Below, piece by piece: positions 52,100 through 62,219 of a stretch of 64,000 nt of DNA. The translations under genes were made by a program, and so were the position numbers. This DNA comes from a virus, in the IMG/VR virus record IMGVR_UViG_3300008110_000181, positions 10,702 to 74,701 of that record; one strand, 5' to 3'. The first letter of the stretch is position 1; every line of letters starts with the position of its first letter. A model generated the notes under the pieces. That model was not told where the DNA came from. It saw only the letters and a list, made by a program, of their open reading frames with translations, and made no database searches.

Positions 52100-52392
52100 A
52101 CAACAGCATTGCCCTTACTTGTAGAAGCAATATGGGCAAAGGCAGCATAAGACAGATCAAGGTCAGCATGAGAATATGGACCACGATCATTTACACGAAC
52201 GATTACTTGTTTTCCGTTGTCTTGGTTTGTAACTCTAATTTTAGTTCCCATAGGAAGGTAAGGGTGAGCAGCAGTCCAACGGTAAGCATCAAATCGTTCT
52301 CCGTTTGCAGTAGTTTGTCCATGAAAACCATCACCAATTCCATAAAATGTAGTGATGCCACATGCAAGACCAGCAATCAAAGTTTCAATCAT
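52078..52392 (-). CDS. RlpA-like lytic transglycosylase (DPBB fold)
   Basis: TANGERFD, TAAHPYLPMGT, VRVNDRGPY, LDLS. Confidence 0.9.
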   Translation of the reverse strand: MIETLIAGLACGITTFYGIGDGFHGQTTANGERFDAYRWTAAHPYLPMGTKIRVTNQDNGKQVIVRVNDRGPYSHADLDLSYAAFAHIASTSKGNAVVCWRVIG

Positions 52393-52707
52393 TCCTTAAT
52401 TTCATCTCCCACAAATTCCAGATAATTATATCCAATTAATTTACGACCTTGATGTGTCTCAGTATCAATCAAAATATTTTCTTTTTCTAGTTTTTCCAAT
52501 CGACGATTGGTTGCAGTATTCAGTTTAGGTGTCCAGTAATAACTCATGAGATTCCTCCTTTCTTGTTATATTCTATCATAGATCGTCGTGCAGAGTAATC
52601 CTCAAATTGAGTTGCAAACGATGCAATCGTCCGACCATTATCTGCCCAGTGCAAATACCAACGATTTGCAAACTGTTTAATTAGAATTGGTTTATCCATA
52701 TTGGTAA

Positions 52708-52899
52708 TCATTTGATGTCACCCTCGGCAATCAAACCCATGATCTCACGGGCAGTGGCAGCAAAGTTAATGTGATCCTCAAGACCTTCATCACTGTAGAT
52801 CTTGAACACATCAGATTGCCGATAAGTGTCTACAATCAGAGCACAGGCATCATACAGAGCAGCAACGTGGTGTGCCTTAGAGGGAAAAGAGAGTGCCAT
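52708..52899 (-). CDS. hypothetical early protein
   Basis: ORF behind a TATAAT box at 52926-52931. Confidence 0.6.
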   Translation of the reverse strand: MALSFPSKAHHVAALYDACALIVDTYRQSDVFKIYSDEGLEDHINFAATAREIMGLIAEGDIK

Positions 52900-52926
52900 G
52901 GGGGTGTTCTCTTGATTACCTTGTAA

Positions 52927-53424
52927 TTATACTGCCGAACAAAGTCGGTTGCCAAAGGGATGTGCCACTTGCAGTTCTGGCACATTCAATTCATCGTACA
53001 AATAGTCCAGATATAGGGTTTCTTCTTGCTCCCGTGCCTCTATTTCGTGTGGTTGATGCCAATAATCCATATTTTCCATGCATTCTTTACCATAATACAT
53101 TTTTCCGCTTCGCAACCGCAGTGAACCGACTACCCACTGCCGCAGATGGGTCAGTTCATGTAAAAGAGTTTTTATATACAACTCATCATCCATATGGGTA
53201 TTCAGTTCAATCAGAAAGTGACGTGGACGATAGGTCTCACCCACAACGTCACAATATCCATAAACCTGCTCACGATTCAGACCACGATGAACAATATCCA
53301 CCGTAATCTTATGGCGTGGGAAGAATCGATTCAGAAACCAAGAGGTAACATCCTCACAGGTCCGCTTGCGATAACCATATCCAGAATGCGTGATGTAAGA
53401 CATTGACCCCAGTGCAAAAACCAA
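52927..53424 (-). CDS. zinc metallopeptidase-like protein
   Basis: HExxH (LLHELTHLRQ) and downstream PHEIEA. Confidence 0.75.
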   Translation of the reverse strand: MVFALGSMSYITHSGYGYRKRTCEDVTSWFLNRFFPRHKITVDIVHRGLNREQVYGYCDVVGETYRPRHFLIELNTHMDDELYIKTLLHELTHLRQWVVGSLRLRSGKMYYGKECMENMDYWHQPHEIEAREQEETLYLDYLYDELNVPELQVAHPFGNRLCSAV

Positions 53425-53467
53425 ATGAACGAAGAAACAAACAGGAGTTTTTCCTTAGCAGTCATAC

Positions 53468-54572
53468 TCAACGTGCAACAATATCCAAAGTCTCCATCAA
53501 CATCAGAGCAAGTTCAATCTGATGATCCTCATCAACCAGAGGAATGTTAGTTTCAACAAACTCCGATGCAAGTTGCTGCAAGAGGTCAGTCATTCGCTCA
53601 TCTGCGAATACTGAAGTAGCAAACTCATTCTTGAAACCATCACGCAGCAGTTTGAGAGACTTGGTAACAGTCAGTTCTTTGATGGTGTCCATGGCGGGTG
53701 ATGTGTTGAACATGATATTATTATAGGGCATCTGGGGGCAGGTGAGCGCCCCCGTGTGCCAGTTATCGAAGTGGTTCATCGGGCGTACAAATATGCCCCG
53801 CTCCAATCAGCATTCTCAAGCAACCACCAAAGTATAATGGTCATCATGCCCAGTGCTCCAAATACTCTTTGAGTGAATAGTCTTCTCCAGTGCTAGTTTC
53901 TTCAATCAACTCATCAATGCTAAGATCTCTCAAAAGGAAACGATAATCTTCTGGAGAAATGTCGGAATCTGGATCAAAGTCATCGTGACAGAGAAACTCA
54001 TACTCCTTAACAAGTGCGTTAATCAGTTTTTCTTTTGTAGGATTCATTTTCTTTGTCAAGATGATTAAACCGAGGAGAGAATAGTGCTAGTGCTGCCCAC
54101 GCAACACTAGCGGCAATGATAAGGAAGTAAATCATCGTGCGTACAAATATGCCCCACTCCAGTCCGCATTTTCCAGCAACCATTCACGCTGCTCAATGAT
54201 GCGAAGATCATATCGAACACCTTTGGCAGGTGCTTTCCAACTGGCACTTTTATAAATTTCTCCCGTCTTCTTATCCACAAAAGCATGAACACTACGGGAA
54301 CCATTGGCAACCATAATGATTTTGTGATACTTACGACCCGTTTCAGGGTAGAACTCATAGTCAGAAATACCCTCTTTCAGTTTGATAATCTGCTTTTGAT
54401 GATACTCTTGAGTGTCAGCATCATCAACAAACTTTTGATGAGACTTGATGCTGTAATCAACAAAGTTCTGACGCAGTGCCTCACAGAGAGCATAGGTGTG
54501 CCCCAGAACTGCCTCTGCAATGTTGTTTCGTGCTTCTTGCTGGGCAGAATACTCGGCAAAGGTGGTAGTCAT
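53468..54572 (-). CDS. hypothetical genes 53468-53713, 53844-54059, 54019-54135 (38-aa TM peptide) and 54132-54572
   Basis: ORF track with starts adjusted to promoter position; manual translation. Confidence 0.6.
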
Positions 54573-54828
54573 TGGTTTGTTGCGTATGAGTGTATTATAG
54601 GGCATCCCAGAGGGGTCTGGCAGGTCAGTATGCCAGTTCCACATCTGGCACCCAGGTGCTGTCATCTTTTAGGTATCCCATCCAATCTTGAGGGTCAGTT
54701 TCATAAATTTCAATCTCCCGCAGTTCCTCAATCAGTTCAGACAGATTCATGAAAGTTCCTCAATCACTCAGTTATAATAGCAAAAAACCCCTGCTTTCGC
54801 AAGGGTTAGTGTGCCAGTTGTCAGAGTG

Positions 54829-55233
54829 TCACTTGTTCATTTGCAAAGTTGGTACAGGAAGACCATTCTCCGTAGGAACATAGATGGTCACGTTACCTTT
54901 ATTCGATCCTTCTTCCAGCCCAGTGATATAAAGATACTGAAGATACTCACGGTTATCTTTCAAACTGTTACCAATGATTTGGTTTGCTTTTGCAACACCT
55001 TGAGCACGAATCACCTCAGCATCAGCAAGTTGTTGTGCTGAATCTTTCTTTGCTTGTGCTTCCAGAACTGCTACCTGACGAGTATATTCTGCTTTCTGAA
55101 GTTCTGCTTTACCTTGCAGAGATTGTGCCCACACATTATAGAGAGGACCAACCACAGCATTGATAATAAACAGAGAGAGAATAAAGGAAGCACCAATAAT
55201 TGTGGCGTTCCGCATAGTGTTATCTTCTTTCAT
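54829..55233 (-). CDS. SPFH/band-7-like membrane protein
   Basis: N-terminal TM, AQGVAKAN coiled coil, YLQYLYI...IYVPTE. Confidence 0.65.
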   Translation of the reverse strand: MKEDNTMRNATIIGASFILSLFIINAVVGPLYNVWAQSLQGKAELQKAEYTRQVAVLEAQAKKDSAQQLADAEVIRAQGVAKANQIIGNSLKDNREYLQYLYITGLEEGSNKGNVTIYVPTENGLPVPTLQMNK

Positions 55234-55832
55234 TTTGAGGAAACTCCAGAGTTTTTAAAGATCATGTTGGCAAGGATGATAATAGCAAGATTCTGCCAAA
55301 AGGTCAACGATATACTAAACCAGGACAGAATCAAACCAAGCAACCATGCTTCAAACAAAATGCTTGCCGTTACAATAACAACAGCAGCAAATACAACACC
55401 AAGAGCAGTAGTAGTTTTCATAGATCAAGCAGCAAGAGCACCAGAGGGAATTTCAACACCTTCCATATATGAATCGTGCCATTGGCAGGTATCATAGCAC
55501 AACCATTCACCAGATTGAGTATAGAGATAGGCAAACTCTTCACCATTCTGAAGATACTCTGCCAGGTCTTTATCGTGCCTAGGTTCAGTTACTTCACCAC
55601 GAGTAGAGTAATACAGAGGACCAGTTGTAGGCAGAGTTTCATTATCCCAACCTACATTTGTCCAGAGTGCAGAGATATCACCACCATCAATCAGTTGTGA
55701 AACTTTAGCACGAGTGTTGAAATGTTCTTTGAGTTTAACACCATTGAACTCAGGATAACCGTCCCAATGACAATAAACAGAAAGAATTGAACCATCTTTG
55801 AGTTCAATGCCAATGCGAGAACGGGTTGCCAT
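55230..55832 (-). CDS. small membrane protein (55230-55421) and conserved phage protein (55425-55832)
   Basis: Two TM segments; MATRSRIG...YCHWDGYP motif. Confidence 0.65.
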
Positions 55833-55910
55833 GGGGTGTCTGTCGATTACCTTGTAATTATAGTGCCAAACAAGGCAGGGGCAGGGGCAGAGTGGACAGT
55901 TATCAAACTG

Positions 55911-56339
55911 TCACCCAAAATACTTCTCAACTCCTATGGGTTCACCGAAACTATAATCATATGTGAGGGCATTGTGACAGATATAGTGAGCATGATTGGT
56001 AGAAACACCTAGTCTTTCACACAATTCCTTATGATTATCTTCCATAAGTTCAACAGCATAGAGCATATTTTCAAGAATGTGGTCTAAACTGTGATATTCA
56101 AGTAATTTGTCCCGCAGGGCAACCATAAAGTTGCCCGAGCCAGCAGAATTGTCTAAAAATTTAGAAGTAGGATCTTTCAGTACATCTTCTGGCAGATCAC
56201 TGACCATTTTTTGACAAACTTCCATTGGTGTGAACACTTCTTGAGTGATCTTGATTCTTTCATCAGATCTCTCAATTTTAGATCCAACTTCTTTATTGTG
56301 CTTGTTCTTGGTATTCGATATAGGATTCGATAAGTTCAT
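55911..56339 (-). CDS. DNA methyltransferase-like protein, SAM-binding part
   Basis: EVFTP and motif I FLDNSAGSGNF; no NPPY; start uncertain. Confidence 0.7.
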   Translation of the reverse strand: MNLSNPISNTKNKHNKEVGSKIERSDERIKITQEVFTPMEVCQKMVSDLPEDVLKDPTSKFLDNSAGSGNFMVALRDKLLEYHSLDHILENMLYAVELMEDNHKELCERLGVSTNHAHYICHNALTYDYSFGEPIGVEKYFG

Positions 56340-57534
56340 GCTTTGAGACGTGATTTCTACCGTTAGTTTGTGATGCAAGTTCAATCAGTTTTGGTTCAAG
56401 TTCTTTGATAGTATCAATCACTTGTTGAGTTTTTGCATGAATAAAAAAGTGAGAATATTCATAGTGTTGAAAATTTTCTGTAAGAACTTTGCCCGCATGA
56501 CCAGTTCTCATCACAAACAGATTAGCACTAGGGTCACCTTTCTTGACAAATTCAAAGTCTGGATGAGTTTTATAAGTTTCAATTTTAGTTCTTAGTTCAG
56601 ACCTAACTTCCCATCGTTGGACAACTGCATTGATACCACCAGGAAAAGACTTATCATCACAATCAATGTCTTCTACACAATGTAAATCTTTTCTGATTTT
56701 ATTTTGACTAGATGGTTTACGAATAGAAGTGGGCAAAACAAGACTAATAATACCACCAGGAACAACACGATCTGCTGCACAATTCAAGAAACGAATTGCA
56801 AGATTACCAGCATTACCATAAGGTGGGTTGCCAATTACAACATTAAATGCTTGAGACATAAACTCATCGTTTGAAATAAGATTTACATTTTCATTTTCAC
56901 TGACATACAATGGCAAAGAAGAATTTTCTTCAACATTATGAGTGAAAATATTCACAAATCCTTGATTGATTAGATACTCACAATATGCACCATGGGCATC
57001 ATAAGGAACAAATATTTTAACATTTTTTGGAAGATTTTGCAATAGATTTGTTTGGTAGATAATCAGTTCCATTGGCACGACTCTATGTGCTTCACCCTTT
57101 CTACCTTTTCTCTCCCTCAGAAACTTACCAGGCGATTGCCCAGTCTTTTTCTCGTACTCGTAGTAATAATCATTCAAATTGCGAATGATTTTAACAATAT
57201 CTTCAATTGCATCTTCATAACTTTGATGAGTAAAAGTTACAAAAAAGTCATGAGAACCTTCTTTATCTGGATTCTTCAAAAAATGGTGAGAAAGCATCCG
57301 ATCATGAACGGCATAGTCAGTCAGATCAGGATGAACTTCTAACATCGCATAAACTTCTGGTTTGGTGAAAAAATGAGAATAATCTCCATTTGCAAACCTA
57401 TATTCAAACATGCGATGTTCGGTCATACCAACATCAAGACCAATTGGATACTCTGATCCACCGATAAGTTCACTACATTTTCTCCATTCTTTTGTGGTAT
57501 GGACGTAAATGTGATTCTTTTCTCGAACTTTCAT
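56293..57534 (-). CDS. amino-methyltransferase (N6-adenine type)
   Basis: FNVVIGNPPY motif IV, followed by LAIRFL and ISLVLP. Confidence 0.75.
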   Translation of the reverse strand: MKVREKNHIYVHTTKEWRKCSELIGGSEYPIGLDVGMTEHRMFEYRFANGDYSHFFTKPEVYAMLEVHPDLTDYAVHDRMLSHHFLKNPDKEGSHDFFVTFTHQSYEDAIEDIVKIIRNLNDYYYEYEKKTGQSPGKFLRERKGRKGEAHRVVPMELIIYQTNLLQNLPKNVKIFVPYDAHGAYCEYLINQGFVNIFTHNVEENSSLPLYVSENENVNLISNDEFMSQAFNVVIGNPPYGNAGNLAIRFLNCAADRVVPGGIISLVLPTSIRKPSSQNKIRKDLHCVEDIDCDDKSFPGGINAVVQRWEVRSELRTKIETYKTHPDFEFVKKGDPSANLFVMRTGHAGKVLTENFQHYEYSHFFIHAKTQQVIDTIKELEPKLIELASQTNGRNHVSKHELIESYIEYQEQAQ

Positions 57535-57564
57535 AATTTAAATTGAATCTTTAATATTTTACAA

Positions 57565-57589
57565 TAAAAAAGGGGAGTACTACTCCCCC
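57565..57589 (-). terminator. hairpin plus T tract overlapping a promoter
   Basis: Minus strand GGGGAGT-AGT-ACTCCCC-TTTTTTT after cp12. Confidence 0.7.
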
Positions 57590-57613
57590 AGTGTGCCAGT
57601 TTTAAAACTGTCT

Positions 57614-57826
57614 TCAATCATCATAGATTTTACACTCTGCTGCATCAGGATGAGTGTCACAGTAGAGTTCTAAAGGTGTTGGATCGTGTGACTCACCAGG
57701 ATGATGTTCTTTATATGCTTTCAGTGCTTCTAATTCTTCTTCAGTATGTCTCCTTGATTGTGGAGAAATTGTTGGATCACTCAGAAGATCTTCATCTTTC
57801 TGAATATGTTGGTCGATGTTATCCAT
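57614..57826 (-). CDS. cp12: CP12 Calvin-cycle regulator
   Basis: C-terminal PTPLELYCDTHPDAAECKIYDD; 70 aa from MDNIDQ. Confidence 0.92.
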   Translation of the reverse strand: MDNIDQHIQKDEDLLSDPTISPQSRRHTEEELEALKAYKEHHPGESHDPTPLELYCDTHPDAAECKIYDD

Positions 57827-57854
57827 GGTTTTGTATCGTGATAATATATTTATT

Positions 57855-60499
57855 TTATCTAGGAGTGCAATCACCTTTTCCTTCAAGTGAACGAACCATA
57901 AGTTCAGTGAATTTTTCCATCTTTTCAGCAGAAACTGACTGGGGACGATAAGTTATAGCATCTTTGAGTGCTACAAGTTCATCCCATTCCTCTTGAGTAA
58001 GATTTTTAGGACCAGTTTTTGCTAGAGTCATAGGTGTTTTGCGATGTGTCCCAATATTAGCATTCCAATACATTAGTATCTAGTAACTTAATGTTTTCTT
58101 TGGGATCACGTTACATTACTTAATGAAGTCATCAAGTGCATCAAGATCATCTTTCAGTTCTTGTTCCCTTTTCTTATCATGATAATAAGACCAGAGAGCA
58201 TTATGAACATCCATCAGGTGATCAACCCAGAAACCAGCAGGATAGATGCCAAGTTCAGATTGAAGACCACGATGACTAGTTCCTTCACTTTCTGCCTTAC
58301 ACATAATGTAAGTGATTGCTTGGACCATATCAATTTTATCTTCTTCAGAAAGCATAAAATACTTTCCTACTGCACGTTGTTTTGCTTCTTCACTTGCCTT
58401 TTGAAGTTCTTTGCAGGCATCAGAAGCATACCATTGCTCTAAATGCTTTCGTAGATTGCTGGGTTGTTCAGTCATCTTTTCCAAAGATAGTTCCAAAGAA
58501 ACCAGAGTCTCCTGGTTTGCGGTTTTCAAGTTTATCAAGCAGAGAATCAGTGGTCATCACAGACTCAATGCGACTGATAAGATCGGCAATGACTGAACAT
58601 ACCATCGGACGTTCTTGACGGGCAGCATAAGCAAGTGCATTACGCAGAGATTGTTCTGCCTCTTTTAGGGATTCTTCAACAGATTGTGATAGTGCCATAC
58701 TTCGGGGTTCTCCAAGTCTTTACAACGGGGGTAGAAGATGCCGTCACGATAACAAGCATGTTCTGGGTTTGGTTTATCATATTTTACCACATTTGGAGGA
58801 TAATCTCTAACATTACAGAGTTCTCCTTGTCTGGTAATAAAGTTTTCAAGGCATAAACCTCCAACAAATGGAGCAAGACCTTGTAGCATATAGAGTGTAT
58901 ACATCAGCACTCATCGGGTCCAAGAGGTTTGGTAACTTTTTTCAAAGTGTAAGAACCAGCATTATCTACCCACTCAATCTGATCACCTTCTTTAAGGTTT
59001 GCTGCTTCTAACAAGTCATCTGGAAAAGATACAAAGTATTCGATTTCATCGGTATCAGCATCTTTACACTCTTCTACAGGAAGAATCCATTTCTTTACTT
59101 TATCAGGTTTTGTACTAGGTGTCCAATCATATCCACCTTCTTGACGGATTCGTTCGACTTCAGCATCAAGTTCTGCTTTATCACACATAGCATTCAGTTC
59201 TTCTTCAGTATATTGTTGAGGTTCTTCTGACCAATTATTAACATCTCCCCAGAAAGAATTCCAAGCACCTTTACATTCAGGAGACTGGTCATCCCTATCA
59301 CAAATACGTGGAAACTTTTCACCAGTTGCAGTATAGTCACATCCATCACCACTACGCAAGTCACCTACAGTTGCCTGCCAGGCATCCTTGAACTTCTCAT
59401 CAAACTCTTCAATAAAGTATCCGAGAAACTCATATGCTGCCATAGTCATACTTTCAGCACGTTCTTGTTGATTTGAACTACAACATTCATTTGCAATGTC
59501 AATCATTTCACGGGCAGAAACGACCTTTGCAATGACCTGCTCAAGGTCATTCATTGTGCGCCAAACTTTCTGGTAATCAACGGTCATTGAGGTGGTCTTT
59601 GATTGCTTGTTCTACTATAACCTGAATCTCTTTGGAAGTCAACCCATTCAACCATTTCCAATTTGGGTCTTCTTTATTCCATTCCATCGAAAAGGATCCA
59701 TCCTCATTTTCTGTTATCTTAAGACTATCAGCACTCATCGCAGTCACTATCCTTATGTTTTTTACGAATCTTTTTGAGTTGTTTTAGTTCTTCCTTGATC
59801 ATCTTATAGGCAGCATCACTATCAATCTTATCACCTATTTCAAGGGCAATAATAATATCTACACGAGTTCCAAAGTGTGCTAGTGCTTTCTCAAAACAAT
59901 CTAGTTCATACATCGGTATTAATCCTACAATGTTCGGCAAGAATATCTATGCGGGCATCCAGAGAGTTTTCCATCCGATAGAGTTCATTGGTGGTCTCTA
60001 TGTTTTCTTCTTCTAACACTTTGACTCTTGCCTCAAGATCAACAAGACGGTCATAAAGTTCGTCAATAAAAATAGGTTCATCTGAGAGGGGTTTAATTGA
60101 TGGTGCAAAGATCCAATCAACAAATTGTTTAATAATCATAATACTCCAACTTCTCTCAAATAATTACGATAGGCAGCATACCTTTGCCACTTTGGTTGGT
60201 TAGGAACATTAAGTTGATGACAAATCTCACAATAACACAACCACTCATACCAAGGAGTAGTAGGATCTAACTCATGATATGGGTATTCAGAGTTTTCCAT
60301 CCACTACACCCGAATGAACTTTTTCGGGTTCAGGCCAACCTTCCTGCCGTCCTTTAAGATAAAAACGGGTTCCTGATATACATTGCTCTTCAGTGAGAGC
60401 CGAGACCAATCCATTTCCTTCTTTGTCATAACTATCCCAGAGAAATCGCCCTTGTTTAACATAAAAACAATCGTCAATTAGTTTCTTTTCCATAATCAC
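57855..60499 (-). CDS. small hypothetical genes (57855, 58116, 58468, 58665, 58904, 59728, 59906, 60287)
   Basis: Packed ORFs; 58904-59587 ends in an AbrB-like segment; promoter TTGACT-17-TATAGT near 59614-59642. Confidence 0.55.
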
Positions 60500-61204
60500 A
60501 TTGTATATAAAATAATATTACTAATTTTTCCATGATCATCAAACTTTAATATGTGATTCATATTTAATGGTGTAACGATATCAGTATACTTAAATTTAAT
60601 CATGCAAGAAAACATATGTTCCCAAGGAACAATAAAAAGATGATCATCTACATCATTAGATTCTGGACAACAATTATAGGTTGAAGAAAATCCACCACCT
60701 GTACTCATTATCATTTTAATGCTCAGATTAATATTTTCAATAGGAAAATTTTTAGGATTGAAAGTACTTAGACATGAAAGTAACATTTTAATAGCAGAAT
60801 TTTTATCTGAAAAATATTCATTGCGTGTATATAAAAGAATATTCTCTGATAAAATTGATTTTAGTTCACTTATATTTTTTTGTCTAAATGCATGAATATA
60901 ATTATTTACTGTTAGATAATCTTTAGTCGTTTGATCTGATAAAGAAAAAACTTTACTATTTTCTTTTGTAAAATTTTCTGTTAAAGATTCTCTAATAATA
61001 GATTTTGTTGCACTATCCATTTTTTAAATCTGGATGAGGAGCATAAAGTGGTCCAGAATAATTTCCAGCAAATTTAATTTTATTTACTTGCTTTACAGTT
61101 TCATGAAGTTGCTTAATTGCTTTGATAGTTTCAGGAGTTTCTTCCCACTCCCATGAATTGCCATTTTTATCAACAAAGTTTCTAGTTGTCATAGAGTAAT
61201 CCAA
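60496..61204 (-). CDS. AT-rich hypothetical protein (60496-61020, possibly NTF2/SnoaL-like) and small ORF 61013-61204
   Basis: YIHAFRQKNISELKSILSENI...LKFDDHGKI pattern. Confidence 0.45.
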
Positions 61205-62217
61205 CGATTATTTTCAAGAGTCCATTGAGTAACTTCTGCGATGCGTTCTTTTACCGATTTGGCAGGAACCCAACCCAGTTGCTTCATTTTATCACCATCA
61301 AGAGCATAACGCAAATCATGTCCAGGACGAGAAGAATGAAAATCTACAAGATCATATTTTAATTCTTTTCCTTGTGCTTCTGCAATGATCTTTGCAAGTT
61401 CTAAATTGTTGAGTTCTTCCGAACCAACAATGTTAAACTTAGGGCATTTAGAGTTACCCCAAGTAGGTTCAAACTCACCCTCATAATTCAATAGGAATAG
61501 AACAGCAGATGCAACATCTTCAGCATGAATGTAATGACGAGAACCAGGAATCGTTCGAGTAGAATCACTGTGAATAGTCACAGTTTCACCATCACGAATC
61601 CGTTTGATACACATTGGAATGTACTTCTCAGGATGCTGACGTTCACCAAACACATTCATCGTATGGGTGATGTAAATCGGCAGACCATAAGTATTCTCAT
61701 AAGCAACCGCAAGTTCTTCACCACCTGCTTTAGTCGCACTATAAGGGTTGGTTGAATTATACCGATCATTCTCTTTATATTTGATTCCATTTGGGGCAGG
61801 ACCAAATACTTCATCGGTACTAAAGTAAATGAACCTTTCTAGGTTGTCTTTTTGAGTTCTTGCAAATTCAAGAATGTTGCACGTTGCCACAACATTATCA
61901 AGTACAAACTCCATAGGGTATTCAATACTGCGGTCAACATGAGAACCAGCAGCAAGATGCAGAATATAATCAACCTGACCAATTTCAAATCTAATAAGAG
62001 GATTAAGTTCTGCTTTTAGATCATGATGAACAACTTTAACCCTCTTACGAACTTCTAAGTCAAATGAAAGCATCAAATCATGAAGACGATTAAGGTTTCC
62101 ACTGTAATCGAGTCGATCAAGAGTAACGACTTCCCAATCAGTGTTCTTTAACACTTCACCAATTAAATGATGGGCAATGAAACCTGCACCACCAGTAATG
62201 AGAGCTCGTTTAGTCAT
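61189..62217 (-). CDS. NAD-dependent NDP-sugar dehydratase (dTDP-glucose 4,6-dehydratase-like)
   Basis: ITGGAGFI, HLAAGSHVDRS, STDEVFG, YSATK, RPGHDLRY. Confidence 0.92.
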   Translation of the reverse strand: MTKRALITGGAGFIAHHLIGEVLKNTDWEVVTLDRLDYSGNLNRLHDLMLSFDLEVRKRVKVVHHDLKAELNPLIRFEIGQVDYILHLAAGSHVDRSIEYPMEFVLDNVVATCNILEFARTQKDNLERFIYFSTDEVFGPAPNGIKYKENDRYNSTNPYSATKAGGEELAVAYENTYGLPIYITHTMNVFGERQHPEKYIPMCIKRIRDGETVTIHSDSTRTIPGSRHYIHAEDVASAVLFLLNYEGEFEPTWGNSKCPKFNIVGSEELNNLELAKIIAEAQGKELKYDLVDFHSSRPGHDLRYALDGDKMKQLGWVPAKSVKERIAEVTQWTLENNRWITL

Positions 62218-62219
62218 AA

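Larger units (their letters stand above)
40710..57614. promoter_or_regulatory. dispersed 22-bp palindrome GTGCCAGT-N6-ACTGGCAC (13 copies)
   Basis: Copies start at 40710, 42499, 43087, 43831, 44163, 44573, 44663, 52962, 53756, 54630, 54811, 55893 and 57593. Confidence 0.85.
285..57854 (-). promoter_or_regulatory. T4-type late promoter boxes (N)(A/C/T)TAAATA
   Basis: At 285, 3109, 7920, 12452, 21878, 37326, 37643, 38008, 47956 and 57847, each about 18-65 nt upstream of a start codon. Confidence 0.7.

Noticed and set aside
40710-57614. 22-bp palindromes read as tyrosine-recombinase or integron att sites
   Set aside because: The 6-bp spacers are unrelated, no integrase is in the window, and the fixed distance to -10 boxes favours a transcription-factor site.
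58050-58120. Possible NtcA or RpaB/HLR1 site upstream of the cp12 region
   Set aside because: There is no GTA-N8-TAC and only one GTTACATT half-site.
94-61755. Plus-strand ORFs in the track (e.g. 3227-3598, 16160-16471, 44024-44542, 54285-54752)
   Set aside because: They are antisense shadows of well-supported minus-strand genes and show no recognisable motifs.
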